Assembly: GCA_000934665.2 (NCBI GenBank)
Contig: KZ537981.1
Span: 124,001-188,000 of the forward strand
Source: Catajapyx aquilonaris
Taxonomy: Eukaryota
DNA length: 64,000 nt
Direction: 5' to 3'
Shown here: one piece after another, positions 1 through 12,500 of the stretch
How the letters are laid out: each line of letters opens with the position of its first letter
Position numbering within the stretch: the stretch's first letter is position 1
Program-made: the position numbers and the translations under genes
Notes under the pieces: generated by a model
Told to the model about the DNA's origin: nothing
Databases searched by the model: none
What the model saw: only the letters and a program-made list of their open reading frames with translations

Positions 1-1675
1 AAAAAAAAACTACCGGTGCGTGCAAAATAAATAAAAAAAATGAGGAATTTGTGACGCGAGAGGGAAACGTTCGCTTACAGGAATTTTACCGGCGTCGGTA
101 AAAGCATAGTCATGTTATGTTAATTGACGGTACATTATTTTTTATCTCGGTGAACCTTCGATAGGAAGGGAACAACAGATGCTTCATTTCCTATTTGAAG
201 CTTTTAAAAAACCATCCATAAATCTGCAATGAAAGCTACTTATATGTAATCTGACATTTCCTATTTAATTGCAGGTAATTCATTAAATTAGCGCCATACA
301 CTACTGCAACAAAATTGTCCACTGCACAGTGAAGCCAAATGGAGGTCACAAAAGTCAACGCAATAAATCAGTTACATATTTTTTTGTGCACACATGTTGC
401 CATCCCATCGCATTGACCTCTTTGATACTCTTCCTATTCTTCAGATAATTCCACATAATATTGTAACAAAGATTGCAAGCGGTCAAGCTTGGGTCAGCCA
501 ATCACCAAGATACAACGTCTCTCTCTGGCCATGCACATGTATATTTGGAGCCGTACCCTGACCGGCAATTTAAAACGGACTAATCCATGCCAAGTATCCT
601 TGATTCTTTAAAAAGACGTGTCATTATTTAACAGATGGCCTTTGGCCCGATCCGTAATCAGGCCTTGAAGCATCCTCTGGCCTTCCGGGTTTTGAATGTT
701 GGATTATCCGACGACATTACCATAAACTCCACGCTCCATACAAACTGGCAGGTGAGACATCAAAATGTAGCGGTGTAAACAACCTCGCTCCAACATGACG
801 CCAAGAAGCAAAAGATACTCCGCTGTTGGGATAGGTACAGATTATGCAACATTGGCTTATACATCACTGCGAGGTTATCGCATATGTGTGTTGCAACACT
901 GTAGTAAGCTATCTGTAATCAGCCTTCTCACATACTGAACCCATATTGAAATAGACCAGTAACAAAGTAACTGAAATGTACACATGGCGCTGCAAATATT
1001 GACGCTGCAATCTCTTGATACAATGTATACGGCTTAGATATTTAAGCCGTCCAACTTAATTAAATGCAACGAGCAATCATGTAATTTTGTACTGAACATA
1101 CCTGGAAACAACAGAACAACTTGCATTAAATAAATTACTAATTATTTACTACATAATTACGTATAACACGTGTGATGTCAGAATGTTGTCGATACTGGGA
1201 AAGTAAGTCACTTATCTATTGCCGCATCCCACTTGAGCAGCGTAACTAGGGCGTACATCATACTTCCTAGGCATACGCTTTTATCTACGGAGACAACTAA
1301 ACTGTCGCCAGGTGATCACTTGCTTCACATACAAGCCATATCGCAAATAAAAAAGGGGGGAAAATGAGGTGCTCGTTCAAGTAGCAAACAAGTGACGCAA
1401 TCAATGAGACACTCATTTCCTACCACAAATCATGTCACTTTAGAGTGCCAAGTAACTGATAATGTGCACTTGCTGCACTTTCACTAAGCAATTACATAAC
1501 CTTGAGGTTGTTAGCATGGCCTTTTTTTACTCCAATTTGATGAAATCATCTTTGTGAGGTTCCCAACAGCTGCGGCACGATAAAAAGGTGTTTCTTGAAA
1601 TTAATAGGCCGCTATGCCAAAATAAGTATCATTCTGAATGTAACGACAGCATGCTCAAGCAGAAATAGTCCTTAC

Positions 1676-2670
1676 CGTGCAATCTTCCGCCTGTTGTTGG
1701 GATGCAGCTCGTCGGCCGACTCCGGATCAACTTTTTGCAACTTTCTGTACATGTCCTGAGTGGAGCAGTCGGCCATGAACGACCCAGGTACGTCGTCATC
1801 GCTTCCATGGTCACCGCTGTTCTTTCGCTTCCTCTTGCCAACCAGCACGTCCCAAAGAAGAGACTCGATGTAGTAGTTTGTTCCGCCTACAACCACCGGC
1901 AGCTTCTGCTTGGACAGAAGGTCCTCCACCTGACTTACAGGTTAAGGAACCCGCATCATAAATGTGCCCATGGGTTTAGTCAAAATAATCATCACCGGAA
2001 TTATTCAGTATGGTGGTCAATATCTCGCCACATTTCTAATTGAAGGTCATATAGCTCAAATGCAAAGCAGCATTATCACATGGTTAAGGTCCAAAAAACC
2101 AGACTTATCACACCCCATTCAAGCGACTCATTCAGTCCTAGGTCAACCCGCTTCCTACTCGACCTCGGCTGACCGATAAGAACAAAGAAATTCTTTGTTT
2201 CACCTTATCTCGTCCCCTCCCTGCTGATCTGGAAAAAAGCCTCACAAATAGTCAGATAGCCTTCGATGTAAACATGAACTGGGGGCCAACCATAATCAAA
2301 AAAAGGATACAATTGGAAGCGCCTTGTCTCTAAAGTCAACGACGGTGTAGTTGGCCTGCGGTTCCAAGAAGTCCAGAAGATGATGCTTGACCTGCTTCCG
2401 CTCCTCTGGGGTCACCTTGTTCGTTATGACATCCAGCCCTTTGTACACCTGCGGGTTGAGGAGGCCATTAACTTTCCCTTTTTCTTTTTCGATCTCCAAT
2501 GTTCCTTTTTGGTTCGGGGCGGGGTGTGTCTCTACCTGCATGGAATCCGAGCTGATGACCTCCCCTTGGAACCTGGCCGCCAGCTGCAGCGCCAGCTTGG
2601 ACTTCCCGGTGCCAGTGGCACCCAAGACCACCACAACTGGCAAGGAGAAGCGTGCTCCACACGCCGCCAT
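1676..2670 (-). CDS. TRIT1: tRNA dimethylallyltransferase (IPP transferase), 5' part; the gene probably continues past the left edge of the window
   Basis: Exons 2670-2536, 2448-2311 and 1929-1676 with GT-AG boundaries in consistent phase. They encode the P-loop GATGTGKS, DSMQ|VYKGLDVITNK, HHLLDFL, VVGGTNYYIESLLW and LHPNNRRKIAR, all IPPT-family motifs. No further exon was recognised in 1-1675. Confidence 0.93.
1930..2310 (-). other. U12-type (minor spliceosome) GT-AG intron, intron 2 of TRIT1
   Basis: The 5' splice site reads GTATCCTTT from 2310. The branch point TTCCTTAAC (1949-1941) lies about 11 nt before the AG at 1931-1930. There is no polypyrimidine tract. Confidence 0.9.
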
Positions 2671-2766
2671 CTTGTCCGGTCGGTTGGAAGGCGCGTTCGT
2701 GCCGCTGCCACCCCCCCGAACAAACCGGGTGCGTTCCCAATCGCGCTTCGAGGAACAGCCGCGAAC

Positions 2767-2776
2767 GTGACGTCAC
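2767..2776. promoter_or_regulatory. CRE/ATF palindrome GTGACGTCAC about 100 bp upstream of the TRIT1 ATG
   Basis: Perfect 10-bp palindrome in the GC-rich region 5' of the start codon. Confidence 0.45.
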
Positions 2777-5544
2777 CCAGGGTAACCACCCTCTGAAGCG
2801 TCATGGTAGCCAAAATGCTGGCCTTTTTTTTCAAAAAAAATAATCATAATCATAATTTAATTTCAAAAAAATTACCTGGCTGCTAACGATGAATGAACTA
2901 CATTTTACGGACACTATCTTCGTACTGTGCACGTATGAAAGAAAAATGGTCATGCAATAGTTGATGTAACAAATAAGATACGTACGAAAACATGTTTAGA
3001 AAAAGTTGCGTAATTCCAAAATTAAAACAGTAGATAACCTAGCATATCACCTGTTACGTCATGCCCATTAACCTCTTGTTGTTTTGCTATCGACATATTT
3101 CATAACAGATAACTTATTAGATCGTAGGTCACCCCACAATTATGCGACCCCAAGATATAAGTTGTCGTCACTATTTTTTTGTACTTCAATGAAACTAATT
3201 AGCTGTTTTGATTTTTTTTGTGTGTGAACCTATAGCCCAAGTGTGCATTAGACACAACTTTCTGCGAAAATATTTTTTTGGCATGAAAGCGCAATTTGAG
3301 CGCCAGAAAATCAGCAATTAAAGGCGGATTAAGTGTGCCGGGCCGGACAGCCAGACGGACCAAAACCAAGGACAGACACTCCGCCTCCCCCCCCCCAAAA
3401 AAAAAAAAAAATGTGCAACAAAAAAAAAGGTGGCCGGAATCTACAAAGGTGGGCCAAATGGCAAGCAGAGAAAGTCACGCTCATCAGGAAGGGACCCAAA
3501 AAAAATGTCGTTTTTTTTGTTTCTTCCAAGGACTCTAGCCAACACAAAAAATACGCAAAAAGTGGACCAAAATTACTCGCACCTTCCGTAAATATGTGCT
3601 TCCTTCCTGGCCTGCTTGCCACCTGCGCAAATTCAGAACAAAAAAAGTGTGTAATTTAGTGTACTTATTGGGCCAGGTGCAGTGACCAAGTACACAAGCA
3701 CCATTTATCCTGTGGATATCTTCTGATTTATAGAGTCTGTGCCTATGTTTGTCCGAGATAGTGGCTGTCATCTATGTGAGGAATGTGGTACTACATGGAC
3801 AGTCCAGGTATAGGGCAGCTATAGAAATCTCCGAGGATGCTGCTGGTCATATGTTTTTCTTGACCAAAAACAACGCAATATGTGTGGGAGGATGGTTAAT
3901 GAGCAACAATCCAATTAGTTAGTTGCCAGGTGACATCCAGTCGCCGGAATTCCGATCGGACCAGAAACGAAGCTCGTGTATTCTTAGAAACTCCGCCTTC
4001 TTCTTCTCTGGTCTTTTTTACCTGTACCTATACTTGTTGACACTTCTTGTGCAACACAGACCTTTTGGTGCGGCCAAGTACAATCGACAACCCCGCTTCT
4101 TTTTTCTCTCTCCGCAGCGACTACCAGGCAACAATGTCACCAACTTTACACATACAGCCAGAGATGGAAATAGTCCGACCCAATTATTTCCTCTAGGTTC
4201 AAAAGCAGGCGTTTTCCTGTGCCCTCCGTTTGTTTGAGAACAGTGCTGGACATTCATGGTGTCTTACTGGGGGCGCCACGAGACGCTTAAGGCAAAAGAG
4301 CGAATCGCAATTGTATGACTCATACGGAGGCAAATTTGGATTCGCTCTTTTTGCCGCCAACTGCTCGTGTCCCCCATCAGTACTGCACAACCCTGATTGG
4401 CAGATGAATGAACCGTGCACAGGTTCGTAGCCCCTATACGAAAAAGGCGCCAGCTACGAACTATTTTCGACCCGGGTTCAGGAACCAACCCCAATTCTTT
4501 ACTCTCTATAGTCGCTAACCACCCGGCTTCAAAAATAAAACACTAGACAGATTGTTCACTCCAGCAACCGGATGCCCCTCTCCGTTGGCTGGCCATTGTC
4601 CATCGGCGCCGTTTGACCATTTGCCGACAATGTATGTATATGACTTCATTTTTTTTATATATACAGCATATATATTCCAGGGTGCTAGACCTCTCTCAAG
4701 GTGACGGGGCGAATGATTCACGACCCCGCCTGCTCATAGTCGCAGTCTATAGATAGTCCGCACGGTCTATCGCGCCATAAACACAAGGGATTCTCCCGCC
4801 AAAACAAAGAGCTCGTGCACCTCGCATAGATGGCGCACCACATGATGACTCGCCCCGGACAAAACATTGCTGCCAGATGCCAAATTTGGCAACGTTGCGC
4901 AACTTATTTGGCAGCGGGATAGATTGCGCATTCCATAGCATTTCGGATGGAATGGCGCGCCTCGTTTTCAAACCTTTGATAATGCGGGTTCTCCAACCTG
5001 GCTGGGGGGACTTGGCGCAGGATTCGATCTACGTCAAAGTGCTGGGGGGGGGGGGGGGTNAGCGTCGAGAGGGGATGAGGTTGTAGGGGGCAGTGGCCCG
5101 ACCCGGATCAATGCCGACGTCGGTGACGCCGTCAGTTGTGGAGGGGAGGGGAGGGGGAGTGCGGGGAAGAGAGGAGGGGGCATTGGCTGCAGGGGTGCTG
5201 CACTCAGGATATCCACCCCTGCCCCTGCCTGATTGTGGCCTCCAACCAACCCTTCCGTCCTCCCCCAACTTCAACCCAAAAAATACATCACACGTGACTC
5301 AAAACCCATGCAACAAACACATGCAATGAGACCCGCTCATAATTATCCATTTACATTACAAACGACAACAATGCGGACTATTCTCTAACGCGATGATAAT
5401 AATAATAATGGGTGAACGACCCTCTCTCTTGTCTACGCCGCAGGATTTTACTCTAGAGCTAATAGTACACATTACCCATCCCGCTATCAACACTGCATCG
5501 GGTTGTACCGCGCGCCAATTATTTTCTAACCACTTAAAATTAGC

Positions 5545-6075
5545 AGCTAATGTAGCCGAGACAGGCAACTGTTACAGTTGGCGAAAAAAATGTAGCTAAT
5601 AATAAGTAGCTAAATATTAATGTAGACACCACCGAAATAACTAATAGTAGCTAGAGCCAGTATCCTATATTCATAAGTTGGCGCCGAAATAACGCCTATA
5701 TAGCTATAATAGTAGCGATAGCCGGTAACTTATTAGTTATTAATAATAAGTTGGTGTCGAAATAGCCACGGCTAATTTAAGAGCTATAGCCGCTACAAGT
5801 AGCTGCGTAATGAGCAGTCTGGCGCCCCAAAAATAATGGCTATGCACAGCTATACTAATAAATGAGCTAAAGTAACATCTACAAATAACGGATTAGTTGC
5901 GTAACCAGTTGGTGCCGGAATACCTAGATAGTGTAGCTACTATCAAATAAGCTAAAAATTATTGAAGCCAATAAAAGCATTGTAGCAAATAATAGCTGTA
6001 TATTAGGAGCTATAACCACTACCAGTAGCTGCTTAAAAGCTGGCAGTTGTCGCCGAAATAATGGCTATAACCAAT
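5545..6075. repeat. Degenerate AT-rich tandem repeat (TAGCTA-rich, recurring AGTTGGCGCCGAAATA-like motif)
   Basis: Motif variants recur at about 5577, 5677, 5749, 5816, 5907 and 6045. The segment at 5701-5729 matches 55261-55290 in reverse complement. Confidence 0.6.
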
Positions 6076-9000
6076 TTAATATTTCAACTGCTCAACTTGA
6101 TCACTGGGAAAATCGTCGATTTCGTGTACACAGCCGGTTATGTCAAGTACCCGAAGTTGTTACCTTTGTGTGTATACAGTACCCCCCCCCCCCTCCCCAG
6201 CAATGAAGGTAAGTGCGCAGTGGGCATGTGTCGGTGCCAAGGGGTGCGGGTGCAGCAGACCAGGCAACAAACTGGTGGCCTTGGCAGAGGTTCGCCGACT
6301 CTCTTTTTCTCTCTAGTTCAGCGTCCCCCCTCCCCGTGTGTGTGGATGTGGATGGATGGTTGGATGGCTGATGAGGAGGACACGTACAGGAGGAGACTCG
6401 GGATGGTGGCCTCCAAGGCATGAACAGTGGGAGGTTGGAAGGGAATGGGTGGGTGGGGGAGAGCCCTTTCCTGCTGCCCCGGCGTTTGGATGGCCCCCTG
6501 ACCTAATTCTCGAAAAGCACGTGGGCATGTGTATGCACACACACACCCTCCCCAAAAAGGGACACGCATGGACGCCACCTGTTCTCATACGGCCAATCAG
6601 CTCATTTCGCGCGCAAAAGCCTCAGGAATAAAGGAAATGTTTTTTTCTCGCCAAAGTCGCGACAAAGCAACTTTCTCATTGCCAATATTGCAATTTTTTA
6701 ATCATCACCACCACCACCGAAGGAAAAAAAAAAAGTATTATCGAACGGCTCTGTCCGTCCGTCCGTCTGTGGACATGTATCAGGGCCTAAACCGCAAGAG
6801 ATACCAACAAACGGTTTTCGGATTCGGATTCAGCGTGACCAACACATGTTTAATGGCAGCCTTTCCGGGTGCACTCTATCCTCCAAGGTCGAGTCTGCAT
6901 GCTAATTTAGACATTATTTTCCTTGGGTTAGCAAAACGTAGTCCAATTTTAATTTCTTTGGCAATGATAAAAAAAAGTCTACTCGAATGTCGTGACTTCA
7001 TTATTTTGCCTAAGATACAACCGAATTTCCGGACGATCACTGCCTCAGAATAGTTGGCTGATTCTCCGGATTTTCCCTTCTTCAGCGCAACATTAGCTCG
7101 AGTCACACACACCCCCCCAGGTGAGTCAGTCTGGCAAAAAGGTCTGCAACCCGCCCTATACTCGATTGTAGGACGTGACCTCACCCAATCGTCCCAGACA
7201 CGCAATAGTCGAAACCTACATTACAAACACTTATCGATCTCCTAGATCACAGACCGAGATCGCGTGACATCCCGAGACAAGCCACCCCCTTCTATTGGCC
7301 CCTTTTCACTCGTCAAAAAAGTAAATAAAAATGTACACAGTAAGACTTACCCAGCAATATCCTCAATGAATTCCTTCTGGTAGTCTCCAGCAGTCTCCCC
7401 CGAAGATTTCCTTGATCCTTATCCTGTTTGTTCCCCAGCCCGTTGCGCAACTCACGAGGAACAAACCGTATCTTTCAGATAAGTTTGCGGCGGGAACTAC
7501 CAACTGGATGTGGTCATTTGGTCCTTGGGAATCTGCCCAATTAATAAATCCTGGGGGCCCATTGATATGCATCCAACTTGAACAACCAGGCAAAAAAAAA
7601 AAAAACTCCCAACAAGGAATGAAATAAAACAAACTCTTTTGCATCAACTTGATTTTTTTTTTTATCTTTCTATATTATATCGGACCCCTCAATCATATTT
7701 ATAGTAATAAAAGGAACTTTCGGGCTTTCTTTTTCTCTGTCCCGCTGTCACAACAAGCGGGTGGTAGAAAAAAGAAAATTGATACATTTAACATGGGTAG
7801 ATTACATTTGTGCAAGTTTGAGCCGATGACCCGTGCTGGCCTATGGGAGGTCAAACCGATCATGATTCCAAGTAACTTTTTTTAAACATGATTACGCAAC
7901 ATATAATTTCCTTATTCGTGATTCAAAGACCGGACCAGCACAAGTCATCCAGCCACTGAGGGAAGGAAACTACAAGTACATGAGGGGAGCTCTTCTTGCC
8001 TTTTTTTTTAAGCGAGTTCCTTCCCACAGGTTCCAAATAACTTGTTTGCCATATATAACATTTATAAAATAAAATGGGAGTAAAATAATAATTAAAAAAT
8101 AATAACAGGAAGTAAAGGAAAACGAAGGCCGACCTCGACCACTTTGGACGTGAAAAAACAAAACAAAAAATGTGGAGGCGGTACAAAAAGTATGGGGGTG
8201 TAAACATTTTTGGAATGTCCGGAACTGACTGAAATACACTTTACCAGAAATGTAATGTGTCGAGTGGTTATTTCAATTTGATGAATTATGCTGCTTTACT
8301 GATATGTGGCGCAACTTCCACGCCTGCTACCCTCAAAATGAACTCATAAATAAGCATCTGTGCAAACGTAGCAGGCGATGCAAACCGCATCATCAGAGTA
8401 TGTAGTTAAACCGTCCAGTGGTCAAAACAGTCGAGCGGACAAATGACAAGTGCATGCCGGACAGTCCCGGACAGACCAAAAAGCTTTTTCCATTATCTCT
8501 CTTTTTTTTGTTAAATAAATCTTTACAGAACATGATTGATAAACGGGGGTTATTTCCCTTGAGCTTTGTTTCTCTATCCATGATTTTTCTTAAATTCTCT
8601 CTTTTTTTTTGAAAAAATGGAGTATGTAAATGGCATGATTCGAATGAGTTTTTCTAAATATATATAAGCTCTCTTGATGTGTGAGTATCTGTCTGATTGG
8701 ATGCAAAAAAACGACATTTATCTAACATAAACATGGATAAAGACTGTACATGATTACGTGCTAGGAAAAAAAAATTCCCCTTTCTAAACTTTTCGTTACA
8801 TCCTCATGAAGTCACACTTTTTTAACCAACTTGATTCAGTTCAAGATATAACCAATAAAGATCTGGTATAAATTTGTCTTTTTTTTTCAGCGCATGATTT
8901 TGGGAAGACCAGGATTTATGGGGGAGGGGAGGGGAATTTTACTTGTCGGAACTGTGTGCCAATGGGAATTTTTCAAGGTGTTACTATTCTTATATAAGCA

Positions 9001-9571
9001 ACTGCTGGAGAGTAACTGCCGAATACTAACAATGACTGTCCTCTGGAATGCTGAACTACTGACATTCCGGATGCTACACAGCTTTTTAATCCTTTCTGAA
9101 TATTAATCGTTATCTCCTGGAGATGGCCTGCTTTTCTACCTACATCTTTTCCAGCAGAGGCAAAGTTCTTAAAACATGATTTTTATCCCATGATATGTTG
9201 CAAGACGACTACGGAGTGTACACAACACCGATCGAACCTGCCCAACATCTGCAAACACACACGATTCTTTGAAACACACACAACAGCGAGAGATGGAAAC
9301 GATGACATTATTCCACCTAACAGGCTAAAAGGACAAGCTTCGTTGACATCCCGCCAAAGATGACAGTAGGGGGGCGTTCAAGAAGCAGCAGGGGGCTGAG
9401 GTTTGTAACCCACACACTTATCTACCATTTTTTTAAAGGGTTGGGGGGACGAGGAGGAGTGGATCTGGAACGTGAAGGCAAGAAAAAAAAGTGACGCTAG
9501 ATCCAATTGGATAATAACACTGTGACGGCATAAGGATTAATAGGATGGGGGTATGTGCTGCGATTACTTTT

Positions 9572-12500
9572 TTAGTAGGGATGAACTCTGATGCTACTCT
9601 GAATCTGGTAGAGCCGCTTGAGGAGCTTGTCGTGGTTCCGCTGGAGCCTGGCCTTCTCCTTCTCCATGGCACGGTGACTGCTCCCAAGCTCCACGCAGAA
9701 CTGGGCCGCCCTCTCCAAGATCCTCACTTTAGGGGCCCGCTCATCTCCAGCCATCTCCGGGATCTGCCACGAGCAACACCCAACATTTTTACCACACCGT
9801 TCCTCCAGAGAGAGGACAAAAGATTGGAAGCTGCTGTTACCTGGTCCCGAAGATTGGCCAGCATCTTCCTCTGGGCGACACGCCTCTGCCTCTCCATGTT
9901 GTTGTGCATGTTCCTCTTTCCTGGCCCGACCATCTCATCGTCGTCGTCGTCGTCGTCGCTCATGGACTGCACGGCCGACCTCCTCCCGGTCTTCCTGGCC
10001 GTCTTTCGTCTGGTGCTGTTTGCTGGCCGTCCACGACCTTTGACCGGCTGGATGACGACAGCTCTCCTTGGCCTTCCAGTGGTAGCCGGTCGCTCCTGGA
10101 CACGTAGAAGAGCAGTGGTGGGCCTGTTGGTCATCAGGAGCGACCTGCCTGCCTGCGGGGCTTTCCTAGCCGCAGCCACGGCCATGGTCACCTGAAGCTG
10201 CCTGCGCACCAGTGCGCTCGGGTTGGCCGGAAGGGACGTCCTGGTCACTGCCTGCTGCGGCTGGACAGGCGTCATCGGCGGCGGAGACGGCGTCGGCGTC
10301 GTGGTCTCAATCTCCGGGAAGGTGGTCCTAGCTTGTGGGAGCAGCAGGCTGGTCCCTGGGGTCAAGATGGGTCTGGTCGTCCCCACGTTGACCACGTCAA
10401 TCTCCTCCTCTGTTAAAGAAGAAAAAAAGACGGCCAAGTTGAGACCCATGCTGGACACACGTGTTGCCCCGTGGCCATGAAAACTTGTCGGCCACATTCC
10501 TTTTACCCTAATTAACCAATCGAGGCCACCTCCACACCGGAGTAAGTACCATGAGGACAAACTGCCCTTGCACAACTTGCATTTCAGGCTGCCATAGCCC
10601 CTAATTACACACGCGACATATTCCCTTTCTTTTAACAGGTCGTCCAGTTTGCAAAATTTATTTACTGACAACCTAACCCGACGTGACGCAACTCAGGACC
10701 CCCAAGGTGACCTCAGATGCAGCTCCGCCAGGCCATTTCCCCTAAAATTTTCGACCCCCCGCATAAGGTGGTCCATCGGTTTTTTTTTGGTGGGGTGGTT
10801 TCGTCTAGAAGGCATTGATCTCGTTTTCCCGCCCTGCGAGTACTCTGCCTGGATCGATGCGGCGCCTGCTGCAGAGAGAAGCACTGGCCTTGACATTGGG
10901 GCGCCCCGTTCGACGCCCTCGACGCCTCCCCCCACCAACCCCACTCCGGACAGCACGCCAGTCCGCGCCCTATTCGACCCCGGACTCCCGGGTCTGCACT
11001 GCATCAACACCAAAGCCATGTAGCACTTCCCATTTCAATTACCTCAGGCAACTTTTGCCCGCCGTCTGCATTTTTGTTTTTTAAATTAAAGAGACTGGAT
11101 AAAAGGGGGGCGTCGTCGAATTCTTGACAAGGACGCTGTCCGACGGCCTGACCTTTCATTATTGCCCTCAGCCAGACGCCCCCCCCCCCCACTTTTTTTT
11201 TTGTAAAACGCATTTAAAAAAGACCAGTTTGGTGGCAGCTAAGTGTGACCATGCAGATGGAGGGCACCCTTCCCCCATCTACCACGCCCCGTCCCCTCAA
11301 AAACTGCATTTTAAAATATGCACAGGCGGGGAAGGGGGGGGGGGGTGCTTCTGTAAAAATTTTGACAACTAAGGCCAGCTGGTACACAAAACAGGGTGGT
11401 TCAACAAGCAAAACTCGCTTACAATGCGTCCCAAGCTTGTAATAATCACTGCATGGAGAATGCATGTTTATTTGTTTCTCATAACAGGCTTATTCTCTCC
11501 GTCTGATGTTTGGCCGTCCTGATAGTATCGCCATCTCTCGCCCGACCTGAGAGTGGCAGGGGTGTGCAGAGGGAGGGTGCGTCATCTGTGCCCGAAGAAA
11601 AATACTACGGGGTAAATCGGCGGGCCATCTCATTTAATTGTCGCTGCCATACTGATAGTAGGGTTTTTTTTCCTCCAGATTTTGGCAACGGGTTCGCTAT
11701 AAGTTTCATATGATCTGCCAACTGGTGCATTTTTCCGCCCCAAGTGTGCGGAAATGAACCCATTCCAAGACAGTGCTCGGGTGAAAGTGCGTGCATCGCT
11801 TCCGGTGTACACTGTGCACACTGGTCGGGACAGACAGCATTGTACCCCCCCTTCTTTACCCGCCCATCCATCCCCCCTCCGCCCCTGTAGCTCGAAGTGA
11901 AGGGCACTTTCACAACCAGTCGTCATTATCGTCGGCAACTATTTAAAAAAAAAAAAAAAACGTCGCCCCGAAGAATAGAGCAAGTGGACCACCACCATCA
12001 ACCATTGGTTTTGCCCACTTGTTGCTCGAACACGTGGGAAGGAATCTCTCACACACACCGGCACTGGCCTTCATGCAGGTCATACCTTCTCGCACGACTA
12101 TATGGACCGGTTTCATAGTCCGGGATGTCGCGAATCCAGTCCATCATGCAAAAGCGCACTTTTCCAGAGACGCTACCGTAAAAAAATAAGGGGGCGGGGC
12201 ATGGACAAGCGGTGGGCGTGGCTCGACTCAGGTCGCTCATGGTAGCCAACTGTTTTCACAAGTTCGCTATACTTTTATCTTGCCATGGCTGACACATAAT
12301 TTTCCGGCGTGAGCTGTGCCAGTGCCAATCTCCACTCGCGCCGCCCACGTCTGAAAATTCCCGACAATTACGTCCAACCGTGTACCGGGTGCGACGGCCA
12401 CGATGCACATGTACCAAGGGTTTACGACACTTAGGTCGGCGTAACGGGTCCTCTTTTTTTTCTTTCCTTCTAGATGGCCATCGCTGCCCCGCTTCTTTTT

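Noticed and set aside
9545..10195. 216-aa plus-strand ORF, and similar plus-strand ORFs at 16025-16600, 33645-34304, 36843-37424 and 42991-43548
   Set aside because: Antisense shadows of real minus-strand exons; no recognisable motifs.
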